Below are positions 37,811-50,145 of a stretch of DNA of 64,000 bases, piece by piece. The stretch spans positions 5,024,001-5,088,000 of the forward strand of contig CM052817.1 of NCBI GenBank assembly GCA_028534125.1. Reading direction: 5' to 3'. The stretch comes from Lama glama. Lineage: Eukaryota. The translations under genes and the position numbers were made by a program. The notes beneath the pieces are model-generated. The model saw only the letters and a program-made list of their open reading frames with translations. It was not told the origin of the DNA and did no database searches. Positions within the stretch are counted from its first letter, which is position 1. Each line of letters starts with the position of its first letter.

Positions 37811-38559
37811 ACAGCAAATAAAAGACACGGTTAACACACTGTGAGGTCCAATGCAAAACGGGGCTCAGGAATCAGCAGAGTTTAAACCCCAGCTCCACCT
37901 CTCACGAGCTGTGTGACTTTTAGCCAGTTACTTAGCCTCCTTTGGCTGCAGTGAGGACTGAGGCAGCTGCCTCCAGTGGTCTATGAAGCGGGGCCAGCGG
38001 GGCAGCTGCCTCCGGCACCGACCGATAAGGTCATGAAAGCATCACTTTCGTAAATCAGAAGCCTGGGCACTTAGTGAAGGTCTCTGCACAGGAGTCCGTG
38101 CAGAGCTGGCAGACTGGGAACTAAGGCCTGGTCCTGCTAAAGTGGGTCCTGCCAGGGGTGGAAATAAACTCAGGTCTCTCCCCAGAGATGCCCCACTCCT
38201 CTGGGTATTTCTGCCCCAGGCTCTCCCATCTGTATCAGCGCTCCAGCCAAAAAAAGGGGGTGTGAGGTTGCCGACCCCAGCCAGCTGAGATCCAGAAACA
38301 GAATGAGGTATTATGTAGGACTGCTTGCCCCAAACGAGGGCTTTATTTTATTATCTACATTTTAGACTCTTTAATATGCCTCCCAAGAAGCTGTCTGGTT
38401 CGGAAAATCGCCTATAATAAATGCACATAATAAATCTCTTATTTTGAACACAGAGAGGCATGCAGTTTTTATTAATAGAAAGTGAGTTTCTCTACTCCCC
38501 CCACCAAAGAAGCATTCACCGAATATTTAAAGGGTATCTGTTGAAGGGATGCCAGTTGC

Positions 38560-38960
38560 TCAGCGGGCCAGAGCAACCGGCCAGGCTCAGCTTGGCTCCT
38601 CCTGCTTACAACTCTGCGGCGGGAACCTGGAAGGGGTCCGGGAGACTCCGGCCTCTGCCCCTGCCCGCTGGCCCCGCGGGCTCGGTTACTTGCCGCGCTG
38701 GCCGGCCCGCCCACTCGCGCGCTCCCGGAGGGCCACGCAGGCGCAGAGACGCAGGCGCAGAGGCGCAGGCGGGACCCCCGCGCGTCCTCCTTGCATCTCG
38801 CCGCCTCCGGGCTCCTGTCTCCCGTCTCTCTCCTGTCTTCATCAGACTCCCTACTAATCACCCCCCGGGACAGGGAGGTGAAGCACCCTGGGGGTCCACC
38901 CCGGGGGGACAGAAGGCGAAATGCAAGTTGGACATCCCTGGAGCATAACGTAGCGATTAG
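38560..38960. promoter_or_regulatory. Orphan CpG island with tandem NRF1-like repeat
   Basis: CpG-dense; 14-bp unit CGCAGGCGCAGAG(A/G) repeated ~2.6x at 38736-38771. Confidence 0.6.
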
Positions 38961-39394
38961 AAGTCATGACCCGCCACCTCATGGTGACTACGCGGTAAAA
39001 CCCAGGGATGAGGAGGGGAGAGAGAGAGGGAGGAGAGGGAGAGAGGGAGAGACAGGGAGGGAGGGAGGGCCGGAAGGGAGGGAGGGAGGGAGAAGATGTG
39101 ACACATGACCCAGTAGATCTTACAAAAAAAAATTAAAATATATCTGTACAAATTACAACCTACATTTTGTGAGTACATCCAAATAAGAAGACAGACGCAC
39201 ACACGTGCACACGGAAGGACTGGAAGTGGGGGGTGAGGCCAAAAGGGAGCAAACTGTTGGAAAGAAAGGTTTCCCCAGCCAGATGAACTGAGGTGTCCGC
39301 GGTGAGGATACGGTCGCCTCTACATCTGCCCCCGAGGGCTGGCAAGAAAGAGAAAGAGAACTCCGAACTACACCCCCCATCCCGCCCGCCCGCC

Positions 39395-39395
<1 letters not shown>

Positions 39396-39427
<32 letters not shown>

Positions 39428-39428
39428 A
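39396..39428. repeat. (CG)n(CA)n alternating purine-pyrimidine microsatellite
   Basis: GTGCGCGCGCGCACACACAC... visible. Confidence 0.9.
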
Positions 39429-42400
39429 GAGCAAGCCTTACTCTAAACTGGCCTTTTTTCAGCTACATAAACAAGCAACACGTCCTCCATGTCCAGCTCT
39501 GGCCATGCTGTTCCCTCTGCCAGGAATGCTGTTCCCACCCCTTCGTCCATTAGACTTTGCCTCATCCTTCAGCTCTCTGCTCCTGCACCTCATCCTTGCC
39601 CCACGCCCACCCGGGCCAGGTGGCCTCCCCCATCCCAGAGCTCCTCCCTCACACAGTCACACCCACGACTGTCCTCTGAGTGCGGTGAGCTCGCTCTCAC
39701 TCACCCTCCACCGCCATCTTGATCCACCGCGGAACCCCCTCCACCCGCCTCACCACGAAGCGGCAGGTGGGGGAACACAGCGCAGCTGGCAAATCCAAAG
39801 GCCCCTCTCGGGGCATCTCGTCAGAGCCCGCCCTTTAGCTCTCTGGCCCCACCCCTGTGCCTTCTCCCCGCCCTCCCTTCCCCCTGCCCTCAGTGATCGC
39901 TCTCATTCCTGCTTCCAAATGTAGCCCAGCTCCCCTGGGCCTCCTCGGGCCTCTCTCTGCACAGTCCCTGGAGGGTCTCTCCACACCATAGCTCCCCTAC
40001 CCCCTGCCCCACTGGCCATGTGAACACCACCAGCCCCTCTATCTTAAAACACCCCAAACAACAGCCTCGCCCTCCCCCAGCCTGCTGCTCGCCTGGCACC
40101 ACCACTGGGGAAGTTAGGAACCTGCGCATCATCTGGGACTTCCCCTTCAGCCAGCCGCCCAGTCATCACCCTCTCCGCCTGGAATTTGTCTTTGGTGTTC
40201 TTGTCCTGGTCTCCCACCGGGTGGTGCCGGCGGTGGTGGCAAAGACAGGGGAGAAGGGGCCTGGCTCGGGGAGCTCCCGTGGGGAGACAGGCGAGTCCAG
40301 GTGCAGCAGGAATGACCCTCAGACGCTTCTCAAGGTGGTTAGATAGGCCAGGCGGACAGCGTTCATCTTGTCTGCTCCCGGGTCTGTCCCCCAGGTAACA
40401 GACAGGGTCCTGGCAGGGGACAGACACTCTCAGACACTAACTGAGAAGACGTTCATCCAAAGGCTGCTTCTAAAGGGGTGGACAGTGCAGAACCAGGGGG
40501 AGCTGCTACTGCTTCTCGGCCTGAAGGGGGAGGGAGGTGTGGCCACTGGGCTTGGCTGGAGGGAGGAGCATGGGTGGGGGCAGGGGCTCAACCAGGGGGA
40601 GGCAGCTGTCCCACAGCAGCTGTGTTAATATATACTGTGCTATTATGTGGGCGCGGTGAGGCCAACAGCAGGTCAGGAGAGGAAAGATGTTTGCTGTACT
40701 CATAGACCCCAAAACAAGGGGACACACCAGGCCACCGCGGGCCTCGCGAGGAAGCACCAGGGTCGGTCAGGAGGCAGAGGGAAGGGGGAAGCTGGGCGGG
40801 AGCCTTTCTTGTGGCTTCCACGGGAAGGAACAGCTGAGGCGGGGGAGCAGGCCTGGGATGGGCTACTTTGAATCATTACATCAGGCTCCGGCAGAGGGGC
40901 TATCTCCAGGTGTCTGGCACCTGGTGATTAGGACAGGCCGGTAGTGGTCCAGGGTGTGTGAACTAGAGGTGGCTGGAGGGTGTGGGTTCCGGGCTGGTGC
41001 TCTGAACTGGAACGCGCACTAGCGCACGCGCTAGCGACTTGCTTATCACCTCCAGGCACTGGCTAGCCTAGGAGGGGCAGTCGCCCAGTCTGAGTGGTTG
41101 ATACACCACAGAGAAGGAGCCGGGGGCCGGATGCCCACCCCGCACCCTCCTTCTGCCCTCGCTTCTCCTGCTGATGTTGCCCCCTGGCCAAACCCAGCTG
41201 GAAGCCAGAGGGTGAAGGGCGCACTTGGTATAACCAGCCTCCAGGTCCCAGAGCTGGGAGACGTGTGGCTCTGTGGGGGAGGCGGGCCGCACTCAGCGGC
41301 GCCATACGGAGCCCATGGGCGGCGAATGTGCTGATGCCATCAGCTTGGCAGGTCCGAGGGATCGCGCTGGAGGAAGTACCTCCTGAGCTGGGTTTTGAGG
41401 GATGAATGGGCATTTTCCAGGGAGTGCTAGACAGAAGAGGCTACGCAAAGCTACGAAGAGGAACACAATGTGTTTGGCAAGCTGCAAACTTCGCAATATG
41501 GCTGGATTGTGAAATTTCCGGGGAGGAGGGTGGCCGGCATGAACTAGAGGTTCGGGGGATGTCTCTGCCTTTAGTCATTTCGTTCTGCAGAGCAGTGGTT
41601 CACGGGTACAAGTTGTATCCAACAGCGGCTGCTTACAGAGTAAATGCCCAGGGGGCTTGGTCATTATCACTGTGACTGCGTTCACAAGGAGGTGTAATGA
41701 CGTCACGTTGCCTACTTTCCAGGGCGCTGGGGATGCTCTGATGCTCTGATGAGATGATGCATAAGGAAATTCTTCGCAAATCAAAGGACCAACTCAACCC
41801 ACCTCTTGAGCAGTAAGTAGTCTGCTGTCTGGATAAGGGGACGGGTCAAGGGGTCAGGCCCAAGGGCTCCAGTGCTCCGGGCACGGGTGCTAGCTGACCT
41901 GTTTGGTCCTCACCAGCTTCATCCATCAAACCATCCAGTGGGATGAGGGAAGATGCCAGGGTTCGTTTCCCATCTGTGATCAGCTTTGACTCCAAGCCCA
42001 CACTCCACACCCAGCGTTCTGGAAAAGGGAGAAATGGCCCTTGGGGGCCAAAGAATACAATACCCTTGGATGCCCCTAGCTTTGTGAGACTGTCTGAAAG
42101 GGCTTTATCGCTGTGCGCAGTGCCTGCCAAAGTCAAATCGAAGCCCTTCCCAGGAAATTCTTGGCTCTGCCTGTAAGCAGCCTGTCTCGTGGAATTAATT
42201 TTAGCCTATATGATGCGAGAGCCGTGCAAACAGAGACATATAAAACAGCACCCCAAGCCTTCGCACGGCAATAAATACTGCGCCGCGCTGAATTTATGTG
42301 CGTTGCGCTTCTGCCCCCTGCAAGAGAGCATAAAAGCCATCCTGAGTGGGAGCTGGAAGATTAAGAGGCTCCTGGTGCCACGGGCCCCACTCAAGGAGCT

Positions 42401-42734
42401 TGTGTCCTCTTCCCAAGCTCGTTCCATCTTTCTGCTTGGATTGTGGGTTTCCAGGCTGGGGCTCCAGCCTTTGTGGGGCAGGCAGCCAAGGTGGAGGTGA
42501 TCTGCAAGTGCTGTGGAAGTACAGGCGGAACCATCTCCTCGGCTCCAAGCAAACCCACTGGGGAAGGGGTGCTGGGGAGGGCGTTTGCATCCTGGAGTCA
42601 CTGGGCCGTAGCCTGCAATGCTGGAAAGAGGCTTTGAGATCATTGAGCTGGCGATTTCAGAGGTTTTTAAATGCCTCCATCGAGGTCACACAACAAATTA
42701 AATGGAAAGATTGGCCTTTGGCATCATGGTGGAG

Positions 42735-42965
42735 GAGACCAGCTTGAGGATTTGGAGTCAGAGAGGTCTGGGTTCAAACAATTCCTTGTTTTCTGACCTC
42801 ATGCAAGTTGTTTCAACTCTGTGCTTTGGTTTCCCTGTTTGTAAAATGAATGAGAGCAGCACTGTATCCTGGGAATTCTGGAAGAATTAACTCAGATGGT
42901 GTATGTTCAGCAAAGCCTCAACACCTGGCACATGGTAAGTGCCCAAGAAACAGTGGCTGTTGTCT
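42735..42965 (+). mobile_element. MIR SINE
   Basis: TGGAGTCAGAGAGGTCTGGGTTCAAA...TGTAAAATG...CCTGGCACATGGTAAGTGCCCAAG. Confidence 0.7.
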
Positions 42966-43880
42966 TTACGGTGTCTGAGTAAAGTCACATCTTTGTTGGG
43001 GTGTCCCCCAAGCAGAGACACAGACAGAAGCCCTTTATTTGGAAGACAATCCCAGGAGGCAGGAATGAGGGAACACGGGAAATGAGACAAGCAAGGAAAA
43101 AAAACTAGTGCAAGGGTCCGTTATCATGGGTGCTACTGTGGGCGATGGGAGCCCAATCCTCCCAGGGGACTTTAGGGAGAATATGATAAAAAAAAACTTC
43201 ATTAAAGGATATTAAAAAGAGCAAAGTAAATGAAGAGTGATAGCGTGGAAACTTCTAGGAGAACTCCATGCTGCCTTATACTCAGGGATGGATCAGGACA
43301 ACAGGAGCCACCCCGGGTGCTTTAGACGGGAAGAGGTGCAGGACAGGAGCTGGAAGTTTCCATTGTCTTTGGAAAGTTAAGGGAGGAAAGCTCTGGAAGG
43401 GCACTTTTGAGAATTCTGGGGTTTCAGAGATCATGCGAAAGATACTTGTGACCCTGATGTGAGTGATGCTCAAAGCTACAGTCAAAACTGCATCTGTGCT
43501 CTGTAATGCCCCCTGACCTGAGGTCTCCAGAGCATAAATACTGCTGCTCTTCCTTCTACCCAGGTTCATGCCAGTGCTGCTCACAGGTGGACTCTAACAG
43601 GACCAGAGGCCAAAGGAGTCTAGGAAATGTAGTTTGCAGGCCTCACAGTCCTGAGTATAAGGAAGAGCCTGGGATGGCAAAGCCGGTCCTGGGAATGAAC
43701 ACACAATATTCTGCATAGTCATAGACATCAACCCCTGCATCCGGGCTTATCTATAAATGAAATGAGATGCCAGTTAAATCCTCAAGGATGATAAGATTCA
43801 TAAAGATGAATAAAGGTCCAAAGAAAACCAAGACAAAGTTGAAGAAAAAGGAGGGAGAGGAACAGGGGGAGGAGGAAAGG

Positions 43881-44432
43881 TGTGTTGGGGTCTCCGTGAC
43901 CACCCTTAGCCTCAAGGATTTACTAGGAAGAACACAGGACTCAGTATATGGTCATCCTTACAGCTATGACTTATTACAGGGAAGGGATACATGGCAAAAT
44001 AGGCAAAGGGAAGAGGCAGTGGGTGAATCCAGAGGAAACCAGGAGCAAGCTTCCACAATCCGCTTCCAGTGGACTCGTGCAGAATGAGCTTAATTTTTCT
44101 AGCAGCAAGTTGTGACAACACATGTGATATGCTGTCCACCAGGGAAGATCTTTTGAGACTCAGCATCCAAAGTTTCTATTGGGGGCTGGTCACATAGGCA
44201 TCCCCTGCCTGGAACATACCAAGATTCCAGAGTCCCAGAAGAGAAGCAGGTCAATATGAACTGTATGATTTGTACAAATCGTTTCTGCACAGTGAGACAG
44301 TCTTATCAATTATGAGAAGGGTGGAACTCTCCTGAAGTCCAAGTTCCCAGGTGCCAGCCAAGGGCCAACTTTGCAAGCAGGTCTTTCTAGGATACCAGCC
44401 TCAAGACTACTGTGTTAATTCTTTTCTGTATA
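43881..44432 (-). mobile_element. MER21-like LTR inserted in an ancient L1M ORF2 (L1M ~43740-45510)
   Basis: TGTTGGGGTCTCCGTGACCACCC...CAAGTTCCCAGGTGCCAGCCAAGGGCCAAC; AAGG on both sides; L1 ORF2-like text resumes after it. Confidence 0.75.
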
Positions 44433-45619
44433 AAGGGAAACTGACTCTGCCAGATACAAAACTTATTATAACACGATGTTAATGAAAATGGTGTAGTGTT
44501 AGCCCAGGAATGAGAAATATGTTAATGGAGAGACTAGAGAGAATACCAGAAGTAGATGCCCCATCCTTACATGTTGGTACAAAGATAGCATCACATCATT
44601 AGAGAAAGAGTATTATTCCAGAAATGGTTTTGCAACAATAAAATGGTAAACAACAATAAACAACAACAACAATAAAATTGGTAAAAATGGCTTTGTAACA
44701 ATGAAAATTAAATTAGATCTCTTTCTCATTCTTCTCATAAAAATATATGCTTCCTGGACAAAAGACTACAATATAAATAATAAGACAAATACTTTCAAGA
44801 ACATATAATATATTTAGTGCTGTTCATGGTATGTTAAAACACACACAAAAATATAGGAAATCTTCAGAATTGGATTCGGCAATAGTTTCTTTCATATAGC
44901 ACCAAAAGCATAAGCTACAAGAGAAAAAGTAGATAATTAGACTTCATCAAAATTAAAAATTTTTGTGCATTGAAGGGCACTATCAACAGAATGAAGAGGA
45001 AACCCATGGGATAGGAGAAAATATTTGTGAATCATATATTTATAAAGGATTGATATCTAAAATGTATAAAGAAATTCTCCAACAAGGAGCCCAATTTAAA
45101 AAATGGGCAAAGGGCTTAAACAGACTTCTCTCCAGTGGTTGTAAGAAAAAGACAAACATTATAGTAGAAAATAAATGGACAAAATATATGGGAAAGCAGT
45201 TTACAGAACAGAAAATCCATATGGTCTATAAACATCTAAGAAGATGCACATTCTCACTAGGGATCATAAAAGTGCACAGTCCAACAATAATGATATCATA
45301 TTACTGTTTCTGGACAAACAGTCGACCAACATTGATGTGATGTGGGCAGATGGGAACTTCCACACAACACCAGGAGAATAAGTTGATGCAGCCACTCAGG
45401 AATGATTGAGTGATATTTAGTGAAAGTGAAAATGCACACAGCGTAGAGAAGATAGTTCTAATACACATAACTGACAAAGGATTAGTACCAAAAATATATA
45501 AAGAACCCTTAGCAGTGCCCACAGAGCCATCTAATGGCTGGGCTGCAGCCACTCTTAGATCCCATGTGAAGCCTGAAACCCCACTAAAGAAAACCAAGAA
45601 GTGCCATGAACTTGGGACT

Positions 45620-45975
45620 TGTCTCATTTGGCTGAGGCTGCTGTAACAGAATACCGTAGACTGGGGGCTTTGAACAACAGACATTTATTTCTCACAGTTT
45701 GGGATGCTAGAAGTCAGAGTCAGAGTGCTAGTATAATCAGGTTCTGATGAGGGCTCTCCTCCTGGTTGACAGACAGCTGCCTTCTCATTGTATCCTCACA
45801 CGGGGGAGAGAGAGCACATCCTCTCCTGCCTCTTCTTATAAGGGCACTAATCCCATCAGGGGGCCCCACCCTCATGACCCAACTGTCTCCCAAAGGCCCC
45901 CACCTCCTAATACCATCACACTGGGGATGGGGGTTTCAACATGAATTTGTGGGGAGACACTAACATTTAGTCTAC
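45620..45975 (-). mobile_element. MaLR LTR (MLT1A-like)
   Basis: GGCTGCTGTAACAGAATACCGTAGACTGGG...TCTTATAAGGGCACTAATCCCAT...CCTAATACCATCACACTGGGG. Confidence 0.85.
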
Positions 45976-46138
45976 CTTCCCTCTCTAAGCCTCAGTTTCC
46001 GCATCTGTACTATGGGGGCATTATATGCATCTGCATCACAAGATTGTAGAGAAAATGGGCTCCTGGCACATGGCAATTACTGGGTAAATGTTGGTGCCTT
46101 CTGGTCATTAGCGCAGTACTCTTACCACAGACGTTTAC

Positions 46139-46610
46139 TGTCAGGGGACAAGGTGGGCCGGTGTTGCAGGTGGTAAAAGAATTTACCAGAGATGAAGGGG
46201 GAGAATAGGAAAGAAGTTTATTAGCTTACACTGTCATAGATACCAGCGAGCTACACAGATGAGAGGCGCCAGTGTGAGCACCGGGGGGCGGCTGCCGAGG
46301 TCTTTTAAGGGTAAGGGGCTGGTGAATGCAATGGGACTGTGTGCATGCACAGATCTCTGATTGGCTGTAGGTGAGGTAAGAGGTTTAGGGTCCCTAAAGG
46401 GGCGGTGAGGTTTATGGCTTTGATAAAGTGGGCTGAAATGAACCAGCCTAAGCTATTGTGAGATTAGGCATTCCCTAGGGCTATTGGTTTGTTAGGGGAA
46501 AAGGACCAGCAAAGAGTGTACTTTATCTGTTGAGGAATCACAGGCAGACATCTGAGAGCCCAGGAATGGGGTTGTAGAACGCCAGTTGAAGGACGCCAGT
46601 TGGCCCCACA
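46139..46610 (-). mobile_element. Solo ERV LTR (472 bp) with perfect 5-bp TSD
   Basis: TG...CA termini; TTTAC at 46134-46138 and 46611-46615; minus-strand CCAAT (46360-46364), TTAAAA (46303-46308), AATAAA (46217-46222) in U3-R order. Confidence 0.88.
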
Positions 46611-47962
46611 TTTACCAGCTCTGAAGAGGAAAATCAAGCTTAGCAGATGCTGTCTTCATCCATGACCTTTCTCTCAAATGGGAGGTAAAACTCCAGGACT
46701 TCATAAAACAAGATGACCAACAGAGAATAAGCAGTGACTCACACTTGTCATGACACAGATTTAATAATTGAGGCTCGGAGAGCGACTTGCTAAAGGTCAC
46801 ACAACACACAATTGAGAGGAGTTGGAATAAGCCTTCTAGACTGTTCCTTGCCCTAGCTCCATATCGCGAACGCTGTCATGCCCTTCAGGCTGCAGGAACT
46901 TGCTGAATCTGGTGGCTATGCAGATTTTCCTTCCAAACAAGCTCTCCTAGAAACCCCACCCCAGGTCAGGTGATGAGCTCAGAGACAAAGACAGTGAGCT
47001 GAGGCTGTGTTCCCTGACTCACACAGAGGAGGCTCCCCGGGCAGAGTCTGGCTGGAGCACCTGTGAGTCACTAAACTTGGCCCAAGGTTGTTGCCTGGAG
47101 GGCGGGGTTCCAAAGCTCCCCATCAGGAAGCGCCCGCAAGGGACAGCTCAGGTTATGACTGGGTCCTGGGCTCCAGGGTGCCTCTGTGTCATCGTGTGCA
47201 CATTTGCATATGTTTAAAAAGACTGAACTTTCTGTTAACTGGGAGAGGGAAAGTTGGCTGTCTGTACATTTCACATACAGGGTTTCACAGTAATGTTGTG
47301 AAGTGCGTATCATAAATCCTTTTTCTTCAGATGCAGAAACTCACCTTCAGAGATGGAAGGTCGCCTGCTCATGTCCACACAGCAAGTAAGGGGCAGAGCT
47401 GGGACTGGGGCTTGGTGTCTCAGACCCCAGAGCTGCTGCTCTGTTTGTGCCTTTCTCTATGCTGGGCTTGGTCCTCCAAAAAGCAAACACCAAAATGGGA
47501 TCAAATGTGCAAAGATCTTTTTGGGGCGCCACCTGTGAGAGAAGCCAGGAAGGCTGGGGCAGCCGCCCGAACAGGAAGCAGTCTGCCCCAGCCATGGAGA
47601 GAGCACAGGAAGTTTGGCAGAAGCCAGATAAGTAGGCTGTGCCATCTCGAGAAGTCTCCACAAGCCCACTGAGGAATCTTCAAGTCAAAGTCAGTTGCCA
47701 AAAAAGTTCAGTTTCACCCAGACATGGTGACGAACTTCAGAGCAAGCACAACTGCTGAGGCACTTGGCCCGTGAAGCTCCCTGTGGCTGGAGGTCTCCAA
47801 GACACGTCCTCATGATCACCGCACGGTCTGATTCCCCTGCAGCGAACTGGCTCAGCATTTTGGAAAGCTATCCAGCAACATATCTCAGGAGCCTTAAATG
47901 ATTCTGCCCTTTCCCCCAGAAACTCCCCTTCCAACAAATTGTTCTAAGAGAACATGGCCCTT

Positions 47963-48425
47963 AAGTATATACACACATACATGCACAATACATATACATT
48001 TGCACAACACACACAAACACATATGTACACATATAACACACATACCTAAACACATACATAACCCCACACAAAACATATAACTCACACATACACATGTGTA
48101 CATGCATAACACACAAAACACATATATACACATATAGAACACATAGACATGTAAATACATATGTAACATGCATACCCACAGGAATACTATATACACATGC
48201 ATAACCTACATACGCACAAGCACACATACAGACGTACACATGACATACACAACATACGTACACATGCAGAACATGCATGCATGCAGGACTAATATACACA
48301 TACATGAGGCATGTAGGCAGAAACAACATACCATGCAAACACGTATGATACAAACAACACATAGGTAATACATACAGGAACACACAAACATAACATAGGT
48401 GCACACACACAACATACTTGCATAG
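47963..48425. repeat. Degenerate (CA/TA/CATA)n low-complexity tract
   Basis: ~460 bp of ACAC/ACAT/ATAC units; source of the Cys/Val/Tyr and His/Thr pseudo-ORFs. Confidence 0.9.
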
Positions 48426-48509
48426 AAATGCTTTCTCTGATTGGTGTGGCGGTGTGTTGTGGCCACCTGCAGGGGCAACTGGATCCCATCCAAAATGTTC
48501 AAATGTTGA

Positions 48510-48815
48510 GAATGACACCACACATACACTAAAAAGTTGTATTACTCACATACTTGATTTCTCCTGGGAGAGCAGGGAAACCTCTCCAACAGGTCCAAAG
48601 TGGCTTGATAAAGTCAGAGAGGAACCTGGGTTGTATTGCAGGTACGGGGTGGGATTTGCACCCCCACCTTCAGCAGGGATTTGCATGGTTTGAATCTCCG
48701 GCCATTGCCAAAGGAGAGAACACCCCAATTTTCTTATCAGCTTGCCCAGATAAGGGGAAGAGGGAGGGGTGAGGCTTTAAAGCTGTCAGCAGTCAAACAT
48801 CAAAAAACAGAACCC
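48510..48815. mobile_element. MER76-like ERVL LTR fragment
   Basis: GATTTGCATGGTTTGAATCT...TTCTTATCAGCTTGCCCAGA...AAAGCTGTCAGCAGTCAAACATCAAAAA. Confidence 0.55.
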
Positions 48816-49074
48816 ACTTTCTTGTTACAGGGAGACTGACCTACACTTATCCACGTTCCGCAAAGGGGTGTATCAACGTATTAAAAGCTACCATTCCGCA
48901 GCTTCCTCCTCTCTCTCGCTTCTGAAGGCTCACATGAGGCAGTGATTCTCCTGCAGCCGGCCAGGTGAGTGTCCGAGCTGCAGGTGAAATCTCCTGCAGG
49001 CGTCAGCAAACCTGGTTATGGTGGGGCAGACAAGCTGAATTCTCCCATCAACAAGGAAGCAAGATTAAAGGGGT

Positions 49075-49181
49075 GGGGGTGGGTGTAGCTCAGTGGTAGA
49101 GCACACACTTAGCATACACGGGGCCCTGGGTGCAATCCCCTTTACCTCCACCAAAAAAAAAAAGAAAAAGAAGAAGAAGAA
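49075..49181 (+). mobile_element. tRNA-Ala-derived SINE (camelid type), degenerate
   Basis: GGGTGTAGCTCAGTGGTAGAGC...TTAGCAT...CCTCCA head followed by an A/(GAA)n tail; B box damaged. Confidence 0.85.
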
Positions 49182-49714
49182 GCAAGGTCTGTCTGACCTC
49201 TGTGTCTGTTTTCAGACTTAAACTTCTTAAGTCCCCAAATAAAAATATGCTGTTATTTGTAATATGATATTAAGTACATAAAATTAAACATCAGCTTGAA
49301 GAAACAAGTACTGGAGTGTTAGCTGTGATTGTCCTTTTGTGATTATTTTCTCCCTTTTCTATATTTTCCAGTTTTCTTGAGTGTATATTACTTTGAAGAA
49401 TAAAAAAATCATTTATTTAAAATTTTTACTCAACATTATTCTTGATCTGAGGACTCCTTTGTAGCAGGAGGTAGTCCTATCATGGGCGAATGGAGAGCGG
49501 AGAATGGAGAAGAAGGAAAAATCTGACATTCTCCAACCGATCTGTTACGTTTAACCCTCAATTGAAAGTTGCTATCAATGTGAAGCTTTTCAGGGAAAGA
49601 TCCTTGGGCCAAGAAAAAGCTATTTAAAAGTTTATTTTGCTTTTTGCAAAGTTTATTTTCCATTTATTAAAGGTAAATATCCTAACACCTAATCTTTTCT
49701 TTAATGTTCCGTAA

Positions 49715-50145
49715 ATATATTAGTGATGTCTAGGCAAAATTTTGTCCCAATACGGAGTGGCCCAACACCATAGAAGTGTATTTGTTTGCTTATGTGACTT
49801 GCTGTGCTGGGACAGCACAAGTGAGGACTGGGGGATGGGAGTGCCCCATGGTCCATGAGGTCATTCAGGGACCCAGGCTGACCAAGGTTTGACTGTCCAA
49901 CCAGTGGCTTGCAAATTTGCCTTGGTCATCTGCATTCCAGCCATGAAGGGAAAGAAATGAAGGCCCATGAGAGGTTTTCATGGGCCAAGACTGGAAATGA
50001 ACCACATCACTTCTGTTCAGTTCCATTTGGCTGGAATGCAGTCATTTGGCCATAACTAACTGTAAGGGGCTGGGGAAAGGTAACACCCACCAAGGAAGAA
50101 GAGAAGCAGATCTCATTAAGCCACCAGCACCTTCTACCAGAGTTT
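49715..50145 (-). mobile_element. MaLR LTR (MLT1J/K/L-like)
   Basis: GTCATTCAGGGACCCAGGCTGAC...CACATCACTTCTGTTCAGTTCCATTTGGCTGGAA...CTAACTGTAAGGGGCTGGGGAAA. Confidence 0.6.

Noticed and set aside
47894..48529. Cys/Val/Tyr/Met-rich ORFs up to 186 aa
   Set aside because: They are translations of a low-complexity CA/TG tract.
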